Source: a plasmid. From it: a stretch of DNA of 64,000 nucleotides. A program made the position numbers and the translations under genes. The stretch is from sequence record NZ_CP064874.1. One strand, 5' to 3'. Shown here piece after piece: positions 51,368 through 59,915 of this stretch. Every line of letters starts with the position of its first letter. Positions within the stretch are counted from its first letter, which is position 1. The notes beneath the pieces were generated by a model. It ran no database searches. It saw nothing but the letters and a program-made list of their open reading frames with translations, and was not told the DNA's origin.

Positions 51368-51496
51368 TCAGCCGTTGAGCTCCTCCCAGACCTGGTACGC
51401 GCGGTGGAACTCGGGGCTGTCATCGTTCCCCTCATTGATGAGCTGGTCGAGGTACTCGTCGAGCTCGGCCTGCGAGAGCTGGCGTGGATCCTTCAT
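51368..51496 (-). CDS. small acidic protein (42 aa)
   Basis: ATGA coupling with the upstream gene. Confidence 0.35.
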   Translation of the reverse strand: MKDPRQLSQAELDEYLDQLINEGNDDSPEFHRAYQVWEELNG

Positions 51497-51777
51497 GACA
51501 CGGACCCATCCGCTACCGGCGGGCAGCTGCATCGGGCGCGTGGCTGCTGGCCTTTCCAATTGCCGGTGTAGAACAGCGCGCACGGCCACTCATGCTCGCC
51601 GCGGCGCCGCGGCCTCGGGACGGCGACCGTGAGCTCACTGCCCAGGTTCAGCGCGTCCATGATGTCGTCGGCGATGAAACCTGCCTCTTCGTCAGGCTCG
51701 TCGGTGTGCTGCTGGATTATTCGCACGATCGTCGCGCGCACATCCAGAGTGACGGACGACGGCGCAGCCCCGGTCAT
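51493..51777 (-). CDS. hypothetical protein
   Basis: Translationally coupled chain. Confidence 0.45.
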   Translation of the reverse strand: MTGAAPSSVTLDVRATIVRIIQQHTDEPDEEAGFIADDIMDALNLGSELTVAVPRPRRRGEHEWPCALFYTGNWKGQQPRARCSCPPVADGSVS

Positions 51778-52214
51778 CGGGTGTACTCGCTCGGTGAGGG
51801 GATCGGCAGGTCGGGGTCGCGCAGCTCGTACTGCCGGTCCTCCACGTAGGCGGCGTACTCGTCGGCGAACTCACGCGCCTCGGCCTCGTTGTGTCCGTCC
51901 TGGCGGGCGTGATCGAACGCCGCCCGCCACTGCTCCCCCACTGCGCGATCGCGCAGCGCCGCGCTGACACCATCCATCAGCTGACCGGCCCGCACGGACG
52001 CGAACCGCAGATCCCCTTCGGCGAGGGCGAACAGGATCTTCTCGATGCCTTCGATGGCGGGTGCGGGGATGGTCAGGGTGATGTCGTCGCCGGCGTCGTG
52101 CTGGCCGGTGCGGAGGCGCCAGAGTGCGTCGGAGAGGGTGAGTGCGCGTTGGCGCTGGATGGGGGTAAGGAGGGAGCTGTCGGTGCCGGTCGTGGTGGGG
52201 GCGGGGTTAGGCAT
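51774..52214 (-). CDS. hypothetical protein
   Basis: RBS GGAGG before ATG 52214. Confidence 0.5.
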   Translation of the reverse strand: MPNPAPTTTGTDSSLLTPIQRQRALTLSDALWRLRTGQHDAGDDITLTIPAPAIEGIEKILFALAEGDLRFASVRAGQLMDGVSAALRDRAVGEQWRAAFDHARQDGHNEAEAREFADEYAAYVEDRQYELRDPDLPIPSPSEYTR

Positions 52215-52428
52215 GCTCGGCCTCCTCTGTGGGCGGATTCATGATGATGAACCCTGTGCCGGTGGGCGGCTGGTCCTGGCGCAGTCCGATGATCTCGGTG
52301 TCGTTCGCGTCGGTGTCGTTGAGGGTCTGCGTGAGCAGGTCGGCGTACTCGTCCGGGGTGAGTGCCTGGACGGCCGCGGCGTCGGTGACGTCGACGGGCT
52401 TGCCGTTGACGTGGAAGATGCGGGTCAT
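52207..52428 (-). CDS. hypothetical protein (73 aa)
   Basis: RBS GGGAG before MTRIFHVNG. Confidence 0.45.
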   Translation of the reverse strand: MTRIFHVNGKPVDVTDAAAVQALTPDEYADLLTQTLNDTDANDTEIIGLRQDQPPTGTGFIIMNPPTEEAEHA

Positions 52429-52473
52429 GGTGCTCCCTGGTAGTGCGTCGGTGGTGTCCATCTTCGTCGCGGG

Positions 52474-52773
52474 TCAGTGGAGGTCGAGTTCGACGCTGTC
52501 GGCTTCGAGGTCGGGGATGGTCTGGTCAGGGTGGCTGAACGTGGCGGCGGGGGCGTGGACGGTGACGCGGTCCCCGCGGTGCGTTGTCAGTCGGAGCAGC
52601 TCGGCGAGGGCGCCGTTGGCGTGGACGTTGTAGGGGCCGGCGTCGGTGTCGACGCGGAACCCTACTCGTGCTCGGCGGTCGGGGAGGCGGCGGACGAGGG
52701 TGAGCGGGGTGCGGATGGTTCCTGTGATGGTGACCGCGGTGCCCGTGGGGGCGGCGGTCTGGGTGATGGTCAT
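52474..52773 (-). CDS. hypothetical protein (start MTITQTAAP)
   Basis: First gene downstream of palindrome 1; the apparent MNVTFT N-terminus is an artefact of the palindrome. Confidence 0.5.
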   Translation of the reverse strand: MTITQTAAPTGTAVTITGTIRTPLTLVRRLPDRRARVGFRVDTDAGPYNVHANGALAELLRLTTHRGDRVTVHAPAATFSHPDQTIPDLEADSVELDLH

Positions 52774-52795
52774 GGCGTTTCTCCTCAATCGAACA

Positions 52796-52812
52796 GTGAA
52801 TGTGACATTCAC
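52796..52812 (-). promoter_or_regulatory. 17-bp palindromic operator GTGAATGTGACATTCAC (copy 1; extended CAGTGAATGTGACATTCACTG)
   Basis: Lies between the -10 TATAGT and the RBS of gene 52474..52773. Confidence 0.6.
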
Positions 52813-52879
52813 TGACTATACGCCTGCATGCCCGGTGGGGGAACCCCCGTGCATGGTGTTGCTGCAGGCCCTTCTTGCT

Positions 52880-52913
52880 GGGTATAGGCCGATGTTGGGG
52901 GTGTTCGCGGACA
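52880..52913 (-). promoter_or_regulatory. class-B promoter copy 2
   Basis: Same 34-bp motif; followed by a GGGGGAACCCCC hairpin, then palindrome 1. Confidence 0.45.
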
Positions 52914-52937
52914 TCCGGGTTGTGGAGGTCGGTGCGG

Positions 52938-53378
52938 TCAGTCGTCGGGGCCGCTGTCGGGTTCGTCGCACGCGCCGCTGTTGATGGCGTCGACGCCGAC
53001 TTTCGTGAGCACCCAGCCGGGTTCGACCCACGAGTAGCGTTCGATCAGTCCTCGCCTGCGGAGGGACTGGATGGTGCCGCCGGGGATCCCCAGGCCTGTC
53101 GTGTCGAGGTAGCTGGCGCCGCCGGAGAGTGATCGGCCATCGGCGATCATCCGCATGGTGACTCGTTGGGACCAGTTCAGCGGCCGGGCGTTCTGGCGGC
53201 GCTTGAGCTCGGTGGTGGCGCATCGCGTGGCGTCGGCCTCGGTGGTGTGATGGTGGGCGCAGCGCCACACTCGTTCGCCGGACTGGTGGGTGTCTTTGTC
53301 GGCGACGTCGTCGATGACGCCGCGCAGCGCGCCTCCTGGGCGTCCGGGAGTCCATGATGACCAGCTGGCGGTCAGCAT
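52938..53378 (-). CDS. hypothetical protein
   Basis: 146-aa ORF with coding bias. Confidence 0.45.
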   Translation of the reverse strand: MLTASWSSWTPGRPGGALRGVIDDVADKDTHQSGERVWRCAHHHTTEADATRCATTELKRRQNARPLNWSQRVTMRMIADGRSLSGGASYLDTTGLGIPGGTIQSLRRRGLIERYSWVEPGWVLTKVGVDAINSGACDEPDSGPDD

Positions 53379-53563
53379 GCGATCGCCGCGGTCAGCTCGG
53401 GGGTGAGGATGCCGGCTTGCTGGTCTGCACGCACGGCTGCGCCGCAGTCTTTGCAGGTCACGTCGGCGATCGTGGTGGCTGCCGATGACGTCTTGCGTCC
53501 GCAGTAGCCGCGTTGCCCTGTGGCGGTGGCAAGGCAGGTTCGGGCGGTGCTTTCCTGTGTCAT
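53372..53563 (-). CDS. small Cys-rich protein (63 aa)
   Basis: C..C...C.DC pattern. Confidence 0.4.
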   Translation of the reverse strand: MTQESTARTCLATATGQRGYCGRKTSSAATTIADVTCKDCGAAVRADQQAGILTPELTAAIAC

Positions 53564-53823
53564 TGGTGGGGCCTGTCCTCGCAGCTCGAGCAGAGGTCGG
53601 GGGTGCCGTCGTCGTTGACCCACCAGCAGCCGCCGAAGCATGCTCGCTCGTCGGTGCAGCCGCAGACGTGACAGGTGCGCACGAGCTCGAGGAGCACCTG
53701 GTCGATTCCGCCTTGGGCGCCGAGCTCCGCGCCGAGCGCGGTGACTCGTGAGATCACGTCCTCGGGTGCGGTGCTGGGCACTTGGATCGTGATGGTGGTG
53801 GTAGGTGTGGTGCGGTCGTTCAT
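53560..53823 (-). CDS. small zinc-ribbon protein (87 aa)
   Basis: CHVCGC...CFGGCWW...CSSCE; RBS AGGAAGG. Confidence 0.5.
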   Translation of the reverse strand: MNDRTTPTTTITIQVPSTAPEDVISRVTALGAELGAQGGIDQVLLELVRTCHVCGCTDERACFGGCWWVNDDGTPDLCSSCEDRPHQ

Positions 53824-53845
53824 GGTGGCCTTCCTGATGTTGGTG

Positions 53846-55141
53846 TCAGGCGGAGCGGGCGAACTTCGTGGCTGCGGTAGTCGGCTGCAGGGCGAGCAGT
53901 CGTCGTGCTTTCTCTGCTTCGATCTCGCGGGGCAGCTCTCCTTTGCGGGTGCCTGAGCGGCCGTAGAGGAGGATCTTCACGCCGGTCTTGGACACCTGTG
54001 CCTGGTCGGCGATCTCGAGGACGGTCATGCCGGATGCCATGAGCTGGCGGACGTGCTGTCGGATCGGCTCGGCGGGCACGCGCGGGGCCTGCGGGGCGAT
54101 GCCGGCCTCCCGGCGTCGGCGCCGTTCCTCAGCCAGTGACGCATCGGCGCACGAGATCTCCGCGGGGCAGTGGTCGCGGTCCTTGCAGCCGAGCTGGTAG
54201 CCGTAGGCGGTCCCGTGGTGCTCGAGCGGGATGCTCTGCGCCTTCCGGTTCGCCATCCACTGCCGGTGATACTCGCGGCCGGCTTCGATGCACTCGGGGC
54301 GGTCGCAGCCGCGCGCTCGGCATGCGTTGGTGCCGTGCGGCTGCAGCTGCCTCGGCTGCGAGGTTCGGGCAGCACGCGCGGTCCGAAGTCGCGGTGTGCG
54401 TGGCCTGGCCGGTGGGGAAGGGCGATCGTGGTCTGCGAGGGCGTCGACGGCGGACTGGTGCCGCAGGGTTGCCTCCTGCAGCGCTCTCTCGATCACCCCT
54501 CCGACGGAGAGGCCGGTGCCGGCGGCGATGGTGGCCGTCTTGAGGGTCTCGGCCGCGGCGCGCAGCTGGCCGCGCAGCTCTCGGTGGTCTTTGCGCCACT
54601 GCTCGAGCTCGTCGACGTGACGATCGAGGTCCGCTTCGTAGCCGTCGAGTGCCTCTGAGAACGCGCTGGCGAGCTCTGCGGGGAGCTTCTCGGCGTCGCT
54701 GCGTGCCTTGTCGAGCCACTGGTAGCCGGGATGGGTGCGCGGCCGCGGCGTCGACGGGCGAGGCCGTGCGGTCGGCGCCGGCGCCGGCGCCTCCTTCGGC
54801 ATGCGCGGGGGTTTGGGTGTGTTGGCGCGCGCCGGCTTCGGTTTGGGGGTCGGCTTGGGTCGACGGGGGCGTGTGGCTTCGACGGCGGCACGGCGCTCTT
54901 CTCGAGCGGCGATCTTGTCCCGTTGCCGCGACTCGGCACGCGCGGCCTCGTCGCGCTCGAGGATCTCGGCGAGCGGTGTGCCGGCGTCGATGAGCTTCGC
55001 GAAGGAGTAGTCGCCCACGTAGCGGGTGTGGACGGTGCGGCAGGGGATCAGCGCGGGGCACGCGGCAGTGCGGCATCCGTGGCGGTACCCGTCCGGGGTA
55101 CCGTGCGGGAAGCGGTCGTCGAGGAGATCGAGGGTGGACAT
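53846..55141 (-). CDS. 431-aa protein with three HGT-x2-GY-x2-GC Cys/His modules and a Pro/Lys-rich linker
   Basis: HGTPDGYRHGCRTAAC, HGTNACRARGCDRPEC and HGTAYGYQLGCKDRDHC; C-terminal HTH-like LEIADQAQVSKTGVKILLYG. Confidence 0.55.
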   Translation of the reverse strand: MSTLDLLDDRFPHGTPDGYRHGCRTAACPALIPCRTVHTRYVGDYSFAKLIDAGTPLAEILERDEAARAESRQRDKIAAREERRAAVEATRPRRPKPTPKPKPARANTPKPPRMPKEAPAPAPTARPRPSTPRPRTHPGYQWLDKARSDAEKLPAELASAFSEALDGYEADLDRHVDELEQWRKDHRELRGQLRAAAETLKTATIAAGTGLSVGGVIERALQEATLRHQSAVDALADHDRPSPPARPRTPRLRTARAARTSQPRQLQPHGTNACRARGCDRPECIEAGREYHRQWMANRKAQSIPLEHHGTAYGYQLGCKDRDHCPAEISCADASLAEERRRRREAGIAPQAPRVPAEPIRQHVRQLMASGMTVLEIADQAQVSKTGVKILLYGRSGTRKGELPREIEAEKARRLLALQPTTAATKFARSA

Positions 55142-55152
55142 GACGGTCGACC

Positions 55153-55614
55153 TCAGTAGCGGAGGAGCTTCGCGGTGACCAGGGTCAACAGTGCTGCCCG
55201 CTGCGGGGCGTTGAGCCGTGAGAAGTGCGCACCAACGGTGTCTAGCGCCGTGGTGAACTCCTCGGGCAGACCGTCGAGATCCCGCTTGATGCGCCGCTCA
55301 TTCGCATCCCGCTGCGCCTCCGCTTGATCGGCCACGCGCCACTCGTCGGTGGCGGCTGTGTCGGCGTATCTGCCGGTGATCCGTGGCGTGTACTGTCCGC
55401 CCGTGTAGAGCACGGTCGGCTCGCCGGCGGGGCGGGTGATCGTGATGATCGCGCCCACCGGAGCCGACGTGTACGGCTTGTACGAGCCGAGCTCCTTGCT
55501 GGTGAGCTCACCGTCGTCGAGCGTCCGATACCAGTGCGCGAGCTTTCCATTACTCGCGGCCTTGCGGCCGACGTAGACGACTTCCTCGGTGACGGTCGCT
55601 GCCTCTTCGCTCAT
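55153..55614 (-). CDS. hypothetical protein
   Basis: RBS GAGGAG; palindrome 2 lies 33 bp upstream. Confidence 0.5.
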   Translation of the reverse strand: MSEEAATVTEEVVYVGRKAASNGKLAHWYRTLDDGELTSKELGSYKPYTSAPVGAIITITRPAGEPTVLYTGGQYTPRITGRYADTAATDEWRVADQAEAQRDANERRIKRDLDGLPEEFTTALDTVGAHFSRLNAPQRAALLTLVTAKLLRY

Positions 55615-55646
55615 TGGGGAGCACTCCTCGGATCAGTAAGAAAGTA

Positions 55647-55663
55647 GTGAATGTGACATTCAC
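55647..55663 (-). promoter_or_regulatory. palindromic operator copy 2
   Basis: GTGAATGTGACATTCAC, 33 bp upstream of ATG 55614; TAGTAT -10-like hexamer adjacent. Confidence 0.6.
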
Positions 55664-55668
55664 TGATA

Positions 55669-55878
55669 CTAGAGAGGTTGCAGGGTCTTCGCAACCGTCG
55701 TCGTCGTCACGTCGACGGGCCGCTCTCGACGCTCGTTGACGGGAATCATCCGCACGGGCTCGTCGCGGGGAGCTTCGATCTCGAAGCCGCACGCGCCGCA
55801 GCTGTGCAGCCCGATCCCGTCGACGTCGTCGGAGGGGATGTACATGGTGGTCGGCTCTTCGCACATAAGGCAGCGCAT
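55669..55878 (-). CDS. small zinc-ribbon protein (69 aa)
   Basis: MRCLMCEE...HSCGACGF. Confidence 0.45.
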   Translation of the reverse strand: MRCLMCEEPTTMYIPSDDVDGIGLHSCGACGFEIEAPRDEPVRMIPVNERRERPVDVTTTTVAKTLQPL

Positions 55879-55920
55879 GGTGATCTCCGTTCGCGTGGTC
55901 AGGCGCTTGTTGCCGGGGTG

Positions 55921-56365
55921 ATCGGTTGGACGGTGGCGGAGTAGCCGCGGTGGGAACCCCAGGCGGCGGCGATGCGGTCGGCGACGTCGCGGTCCTCTCC
56001 GAGGTACGGGCGGTATCGCTTGCCGCGGGGGTCTGTGATGACGACCTGGACGACGCCGGATGGCTCGCGCACGGTGACTCTGGCTGCGGGGATCGGATAC
56101 GCCTGGACGTGGCCGGCGATGATGAAGATCGGGTACAGGTCGCGTGCGAGCTCGGGGGTGCGGAACACGTCGTGAACCCATGCCGTGATGGCGAGCGCGC
56201 CGGCGGGGCTGAATCCGATGAGTCGTGCGGGGAGCTGCTCGAGCCCGGCGCGCACGAAGTAGTGCTCGTCGACGAGGATCGGCGTCGGTGGGAGCAGAGA
56301 CTTCTCGTCGTGGGCGGGGTAGATGGTCAGGCTGGTGCGGCTGTTCATGAGGCGCTCGTTCATGC
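55921..56365 (-). CDS. hypothetical protein (148 aa)
   Basis: ATGA coupling with 56360..57130. Confidence 0.45.
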
Positions 56366-57130
56366 GGTGCGGCGGATGCCGGCGGCGATGATGTGTGCCT
56401 TGGTGGGCCGGGAGTAGAAGCCGAAGCTGTCGTCGTCGTCGGAAGCGGAGACGGTGGCGGTGAACGCGACGACGTCGCCGCGGGCGGCGGTGGAGATCTC
56501 GGAGGGCTTGGTGCCCCATACGCGCCAGCCTTCGCCCTGGACGAGGATCTTGACGGTGATTCCCCACTGAGTGTCGGTGGTCTTGGTCGCGAGGATCTCG
56601 CCCTGGATGAGGGTGCGCCCGGTGGGGACGGGGCGGCGCGCGGCCAGCTCGAGCTCGTACTGCTCGAGCAGCTCGTGGGCGGTGCGGACCTCGTCGTCGT
56701 CGAGGGTGCCGGTGTAGTCCTCGAGGGAGTCGAGGATGTAGCCGATCTTCTCGCGCAGCGGGTTGCCCTCCCGGATGCTCAGATGAGCTTCGGTGAGCTG
56801 GTCGCGGAGGCCGGGGTGCTCGGCCTCGAAGGCGGCGCGGCGGGCGGTGATCGCCCGTGTTGTGTCGATGTGCTCGGCGTGTGCCTTCGCGTGGGCTCGT
56901 GCGGTGGCGCGGGCGCTGCTGACGAGGCGGCTGCGGGTGCCGGTGCCGTGGCAGTCGAAGCAGATCGGGCGCCCGTGGCCATCGGTGAAGTGGGTGGGCC
57001 CGGTGTACAGGCCGGTGCCGATGCACTTGCCGCAGGTGTCGGTGATCCGCTCGGAGCCCTTGCGGCCGGGGAAGGGGTCGACGTAGAAGTCGTGCCAATC
57101 GGCCGGTGCGGTGGTGTCGATGCTGTCCAT
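56360..57130 (-). CDS. hypothetical protein with DnaJ-type CxxCxGxG zinc-finger pair
   Basis: CGKCIGTG...CFDCHGTG; RBS GGAGGA; class-B promoter at 57152-57185. Confidence 0.55.
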   Translation of the reverse strand: MDSIDTTAPADWHDFYVDPFPGRKGSERITDTCGKCIGTGLYTGPTHFTDGHGRPICFDCHGTGTRSRLVSSARATARAHAKAHAEHIDTTRAITARRAAFEAEHPGLRDQLTEAHLSIREGNPLREKIGYILDSLEDYTGTLDDDEVRTAHELLEQYELELAARRPVPTGRTLIQGEILATKTTDTQWGITVKILVQGEGWRVWGTKPSEISTAARGDVVAFTATVSASDDDDSFGFYSRPTKAHIIAAGIRRTA

Positions 57131-57151
57131 GGGATCCTCCGGTTCGTCTGT

Positions 57152-57185
57152 GGGTATAGGCCGCGGATCGTTCTCTTCGCGGACA
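57152..57185 (-). promoter_or_regulatory. class-B promoter copy 3
   Basis: Drives gene 56360..57130. Confidence 0.5.
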
Positions 57186-57200
57186 TGAAGGGGAAGGGGC

Positions 57201-57229
57201 GGGGGCGGCTGTGTCACGGAGCCGCCCCC
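57201..57229 (-). terminator. GC-rich hairpin (10-bp stem)
   Basis: GGGGGCGGCT-GTGTCACGG-AGCCGCCCCC, in the untranslated gap between the 43-aa ORF and the class-B promoter. Confidence 0.45.
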
Positions 57230-57396
57230 GCGGCGGCGACCTGGTTGGGAGGACGGCGGGTCGCCGGGAGGGACATGGCGGCGAGCGCGGCGAGCGCTCG
57301 TCAGGCTGCGGTGTGGCGCCTGTCCCTGGGAGGGGAACGGCGTTGCGCGGTTCCCCTGGTTGTGGGTCTGTGGGTTCTCCCTCTACTCAGTTAGTA

Positions 57397-57413
57397 GTGA
57401 ATGTGACATTTAC
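57397..57413 (-). promoter_or_regulatory. palindromic operator copy 3 (variant GTGAATGTGACATTTAC)
   Basis: Preceded by TTGACC -35-like and TACCCT -10-like hexamers. Confidence 0.5.
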
Positions 57414-57470
57414 TAGGGTAGGTGTTTCCTGCCCGGAGGTCAAGTGGCGATCTGGCCTGCATCTGCTGGA

Positions 57471-57602
57471 TCAGCTCGCGGGTGCGCGGTCCTCGTCGGC
57501 GGGGCCGAGCCCTTCCCAAAGGTCGGGGCGGTTCTCGTGGATCCAGGCGCAGATGGTGGCCCAGTCCGCGACGCCGGACGGGTGCTGGTTGATGGTTGCC
57601 AT
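57471..57602 (-). CDS. very small protein (43 aa)
   Basis: MATINQHPSGVADWATICAWIHENRPDLWEGL; RBS GGAGGACACC and palindrome 4 upstream; GC hairpins downstream. Confidence 0.3.
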   Translation of the reverse strand: MATINQHPSGVADWATICAWIHENRPDLWEGLGPADEDRAPAS

Positions 57603-57624
57603 GGTGTCCTCCCGGATCGTCGGC

Positions 57625-57641
57625 TAGTGAATGTGACATTC
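57625..57641 (-). promoter_or_regulatory. palindromic operator copy 4 with TGTCCGAC-N8-TAAGCT promoter
   Basis: Upstream of the 43-aa ORF. Confidence 0.55.
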
Positions 57642-57729
57642 ACAGCTTAGGGAGGGGGTCGGACATCGCTGGGGGACATCGCGAGTGCGTCACTGAGGGC
57701 GGCGGAGTTGCCGCCGCCCTCAGCTCGGT

Positions 57730-57975
57730 CTATTGCATCTGTCTGGCGATGCCGGCTGCGGCGCTGACGACTCGACGGGGGATGCCGAAGATTTCGGGAG
57801 GGCCGGACGCGACGCCGTTGCTCCACACCTTTCCGACGCGCCATCCGATGGGGAACCGGAGGGTGGTCGTGGTGTAGGTGGCCCCGGATTCGAGGGGGCC
57901 GGCGATCACACCGAGGGGGCTGACCTCGACGTACCACCGGCCAACGGTCTTGGAGCCGCCTTCGTGGCCGTTCAT
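57730..57975 (-). CDS. hypothetical protein (81 aa)
   Basis: Start MNGHEGGSK; overlaps the stop of 57972..58261. Confidence 0.4.
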   Translation of the reverse strand: MNGHEGGSKTVGRWYVEVSPLGVIAGPLESGATYTTTTLRFPIGWRVGKVWSNGVASGPPEIFGIPRRVVSAAAGIARQMQ

Positions 57976-58261
57976 GCGCCGGCGTTCTCGAGCGGCTGCG
58001 CGACGTGTGCCGGCAGGGCGCGTAGCGCGGCGCGGGTCACCCACTCGTCGGCGGTCTCGTCGAACTGGCCGAGCTCGATGATCGGCCCCTGGTCGTCGTG
58101 GTGGATGAACAGCGACCCGTACTCGCGGCCGTCGACGTACAGGTAGATGTTCCCGGCGTAGGCGCCGATCTCGCCGTTGTCGAACAGCCCGTCGCGGGCG
58201 TCGGGTTCACCCAGGTCGATCTCTTCCTGGCGGTGCCCGAAGTTGAGGGTGAGCTTCATGG
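57972..58261 (-). CDS. hypothetical protein (96 aa)
   Basis: RBS GGAGGACACC; palindrome 5 upstream. Confidence 0.5.
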
Positions 58262-58279
58262 TGTCCTCCGTAGTAGGTG

Positions 58280-58296
58280 GTGAATGTGACATTCAT
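58280..58296 (-). promoter_or_regulatory. palindromic operator copy 5 (..CAT variant) with TGTCGGAC-N8-TAGCCT promoter
   Basis: Upstream of ATG 58261; shares an intergenic region with the divergent class-B promoter. Confidence 0.55.
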
Positions 58297-58347
58297 AGGC
58301 TACGGTGGGGGTCCGACATTGCGCCGGCGAGCGAGCGATGCACTCTG

Positions 58348-58382
58348 TGTCCGCGAAGCAGCCGGGATGCGGCCTATACCCC
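58348..58382 (+). promoter_or_regulatory. class-B promoter copy 4 (plus orientation)
   Basis: Drives 58419..59860. Confidence 0.5.
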
Positions 58383-58418
58383 TCAGACGGGCACAAGCCC
58401 GCGACGAGAGGAGGAGCG

Positions 58419-58679
58419 ATGCCGAGTCGCGAAGAGGTAGACGACGTCCTGCAGCGCGTGGGGCTGGCGGCGATCTCGTACTACCCAGAGATTCACATCG
58501 ACGAGCCGGACTACACCGTCGACACCGACGTTGATTGGTGCCTCGAGCCGGTGACCGACCTGACCGATGAGCAACGCGCCCCGCTGCGAGAGGCGGTCGG
58601 CCTGGCGATCACCAACCCGACAGCTCACCGGTACGCCCTGTTCCAGACGTTGCTCGAGCTGGCGCCAGCGGAGTCGTAA
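58419..58679 (+). CDS. small acidic protein (86 aa)
   Basis: RBS GAGGAGGAG; class-B promoter in plus orientation at 58348-58382. Confidence 0.5.
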   Translation: MPSREEVDDVLQRVGLAAISYYPEIHIDEPDYTVDTDVDWCLEPVTDLTDEQRAPLREAVGLAITNPTAHRYALFQTLLELAPAES

Positions 58680-59860
58680 TGTCCGCCGGCGTCGACGACT
58701 CGTCGGCGCGACCGGTTGGCGGACCAACCGACCCTCACGCGGCATGGCTGCGAGCGGGTCAGGCACGCCAGCAGGCGAAGCGCGCCGAGCAGGAGCAGTC
58801 GGCTGCGGCGAGCGCTGCGGCCGATCCGAAGCGGGACTACGCGAAGCGGTATCGCGAGGAGCATCGCGAGGAGATCCGCGCGTACCGGGCGAAGTATCAC
58901 GCGGAGAACCGTGACGAAGTGAACCGGAAGAACCGGGAGTACATGCGGGAGCGGTCGCGGAAGATGCGAGCGCAGAAGGAGCGGCGCGAGAAGGACCGCG
59001 AGCGGGTGCGGCGGTGGACCGAGGCTAACCGTGAGCGCAAGCGCGAGACGATCAGGCGGTGGCACGCGGAGCACCCAGAGAAGACGGCGGAGTACTCGCG
59101 GCGCTACTACGAGCGCAACCGTGACGCGGTGCTGGCCAGGGCGAGACAGCGTCGAGATCAGAGCCCGGAGAAGGTGAAGGCGTCGTCGCGGGACTGGCAG
59201 CAGCGCAACCGGGAACACCTGACCGAGTGGCAGCGGCAGTATCGGGCTGAGAACCCGGATGTGTATGAGCGGGCGCTGCAGTCCAACCGTGAGTCGAAGC
59301 GGCTGGCTCGCCGCCTCAAGTCGTTGGGGTTGCCGGCAAAGCGCGTGCGTCGGTCCCCGGCAGCAGAGCGGCGAGCGCATGAGGCGGAGTCGCGGGAGTT
59401 CTTCGAGCGGGACCGGGCGGTGAGCGCGCGGAAGCGGGTCATGGCGGAGTACACACCGCTGGATCAGGCGGCGCTCGAGGCGTGGCGGGCGAGGTCGCCA
59501 TTGGCGCGTCGACGGGATGCGCAGCTGTCGCGGTTCCGGCGGCAGCTGCGCACGGGCGCGGGCAGGATATCGGAGATCCGTGAAGAGGTTCGGATGGATG
59601 CCGTTGCACGGCGACTGCGGGGAGACAGCCTCGACGCGCCCGCGGAGCTGCGTCAGCGGGTCTTCGACGCCGCGGGAGGCCAGGAGTACCTCGCGGCGGG
59701 TGGCGATCGCCATACGGCGGCGCTGATGCTCGAGGAGTCCCTAGATGGGCTGGTCAAGCCTGTCGCGCTCCCGGATGGGCGGGGGATGGTGTGGGTGCCG
59801 GAGCACACGCGCGCAGGACGGGAGATCGCCGGTCACTGGCGCCGGCGCCCCGGCGCGTGA
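58679..59860 (+). CDS. Arg/Glu-rich tandem-repeat (coiled-coil) protein
   Basis: About six ~26-aa repeats with core [KR]-x-[YW]-R-E-x-[HN]-R-[ED] (KRYREEHREEIRAYRAKYHAENRDEV...); TAATG coupling with the preceding gene. Confidence 0.55.
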   Translation: MSAGVDDSSARPVGGPTDPHAAWLRAGQARQQAKRAEQEQSAAASAAADPKRDYAKRYREEHREEIRAYRAKYHAENRDEVNRKNREYMRERSRKMRAQKERREKDRERVRRWTEANRERKRETIRRWHAEHPEKTAEYSRRYYERNRDAVLARARQRRDQSPEKVKASSRDWQQRNREHLTEWQRQYRAENPDVYERALQSNRESKRLARRLKSLGLPAKRVRRSPAAERRAHEAESREFFERDRAVSARKRVMAEYTPLDQAALEAWRARSPLARRRDAQLSRFRRQLRTGAGRISEIREEVRMDAVARRLRGDSLDAPAELRQRVFDAAGGQEYLAAGGDRHTAALMLEESLDGLVKPVALPDGRGMVWVPEHTRAGREIAGHWRRRPGA

Positions 59861-59915
59861 GCAGCTGCGCGGTGAGGACTGCGGGGCGTCCCTGTGTGGG
59901 GCGCCCCGCACTCGC

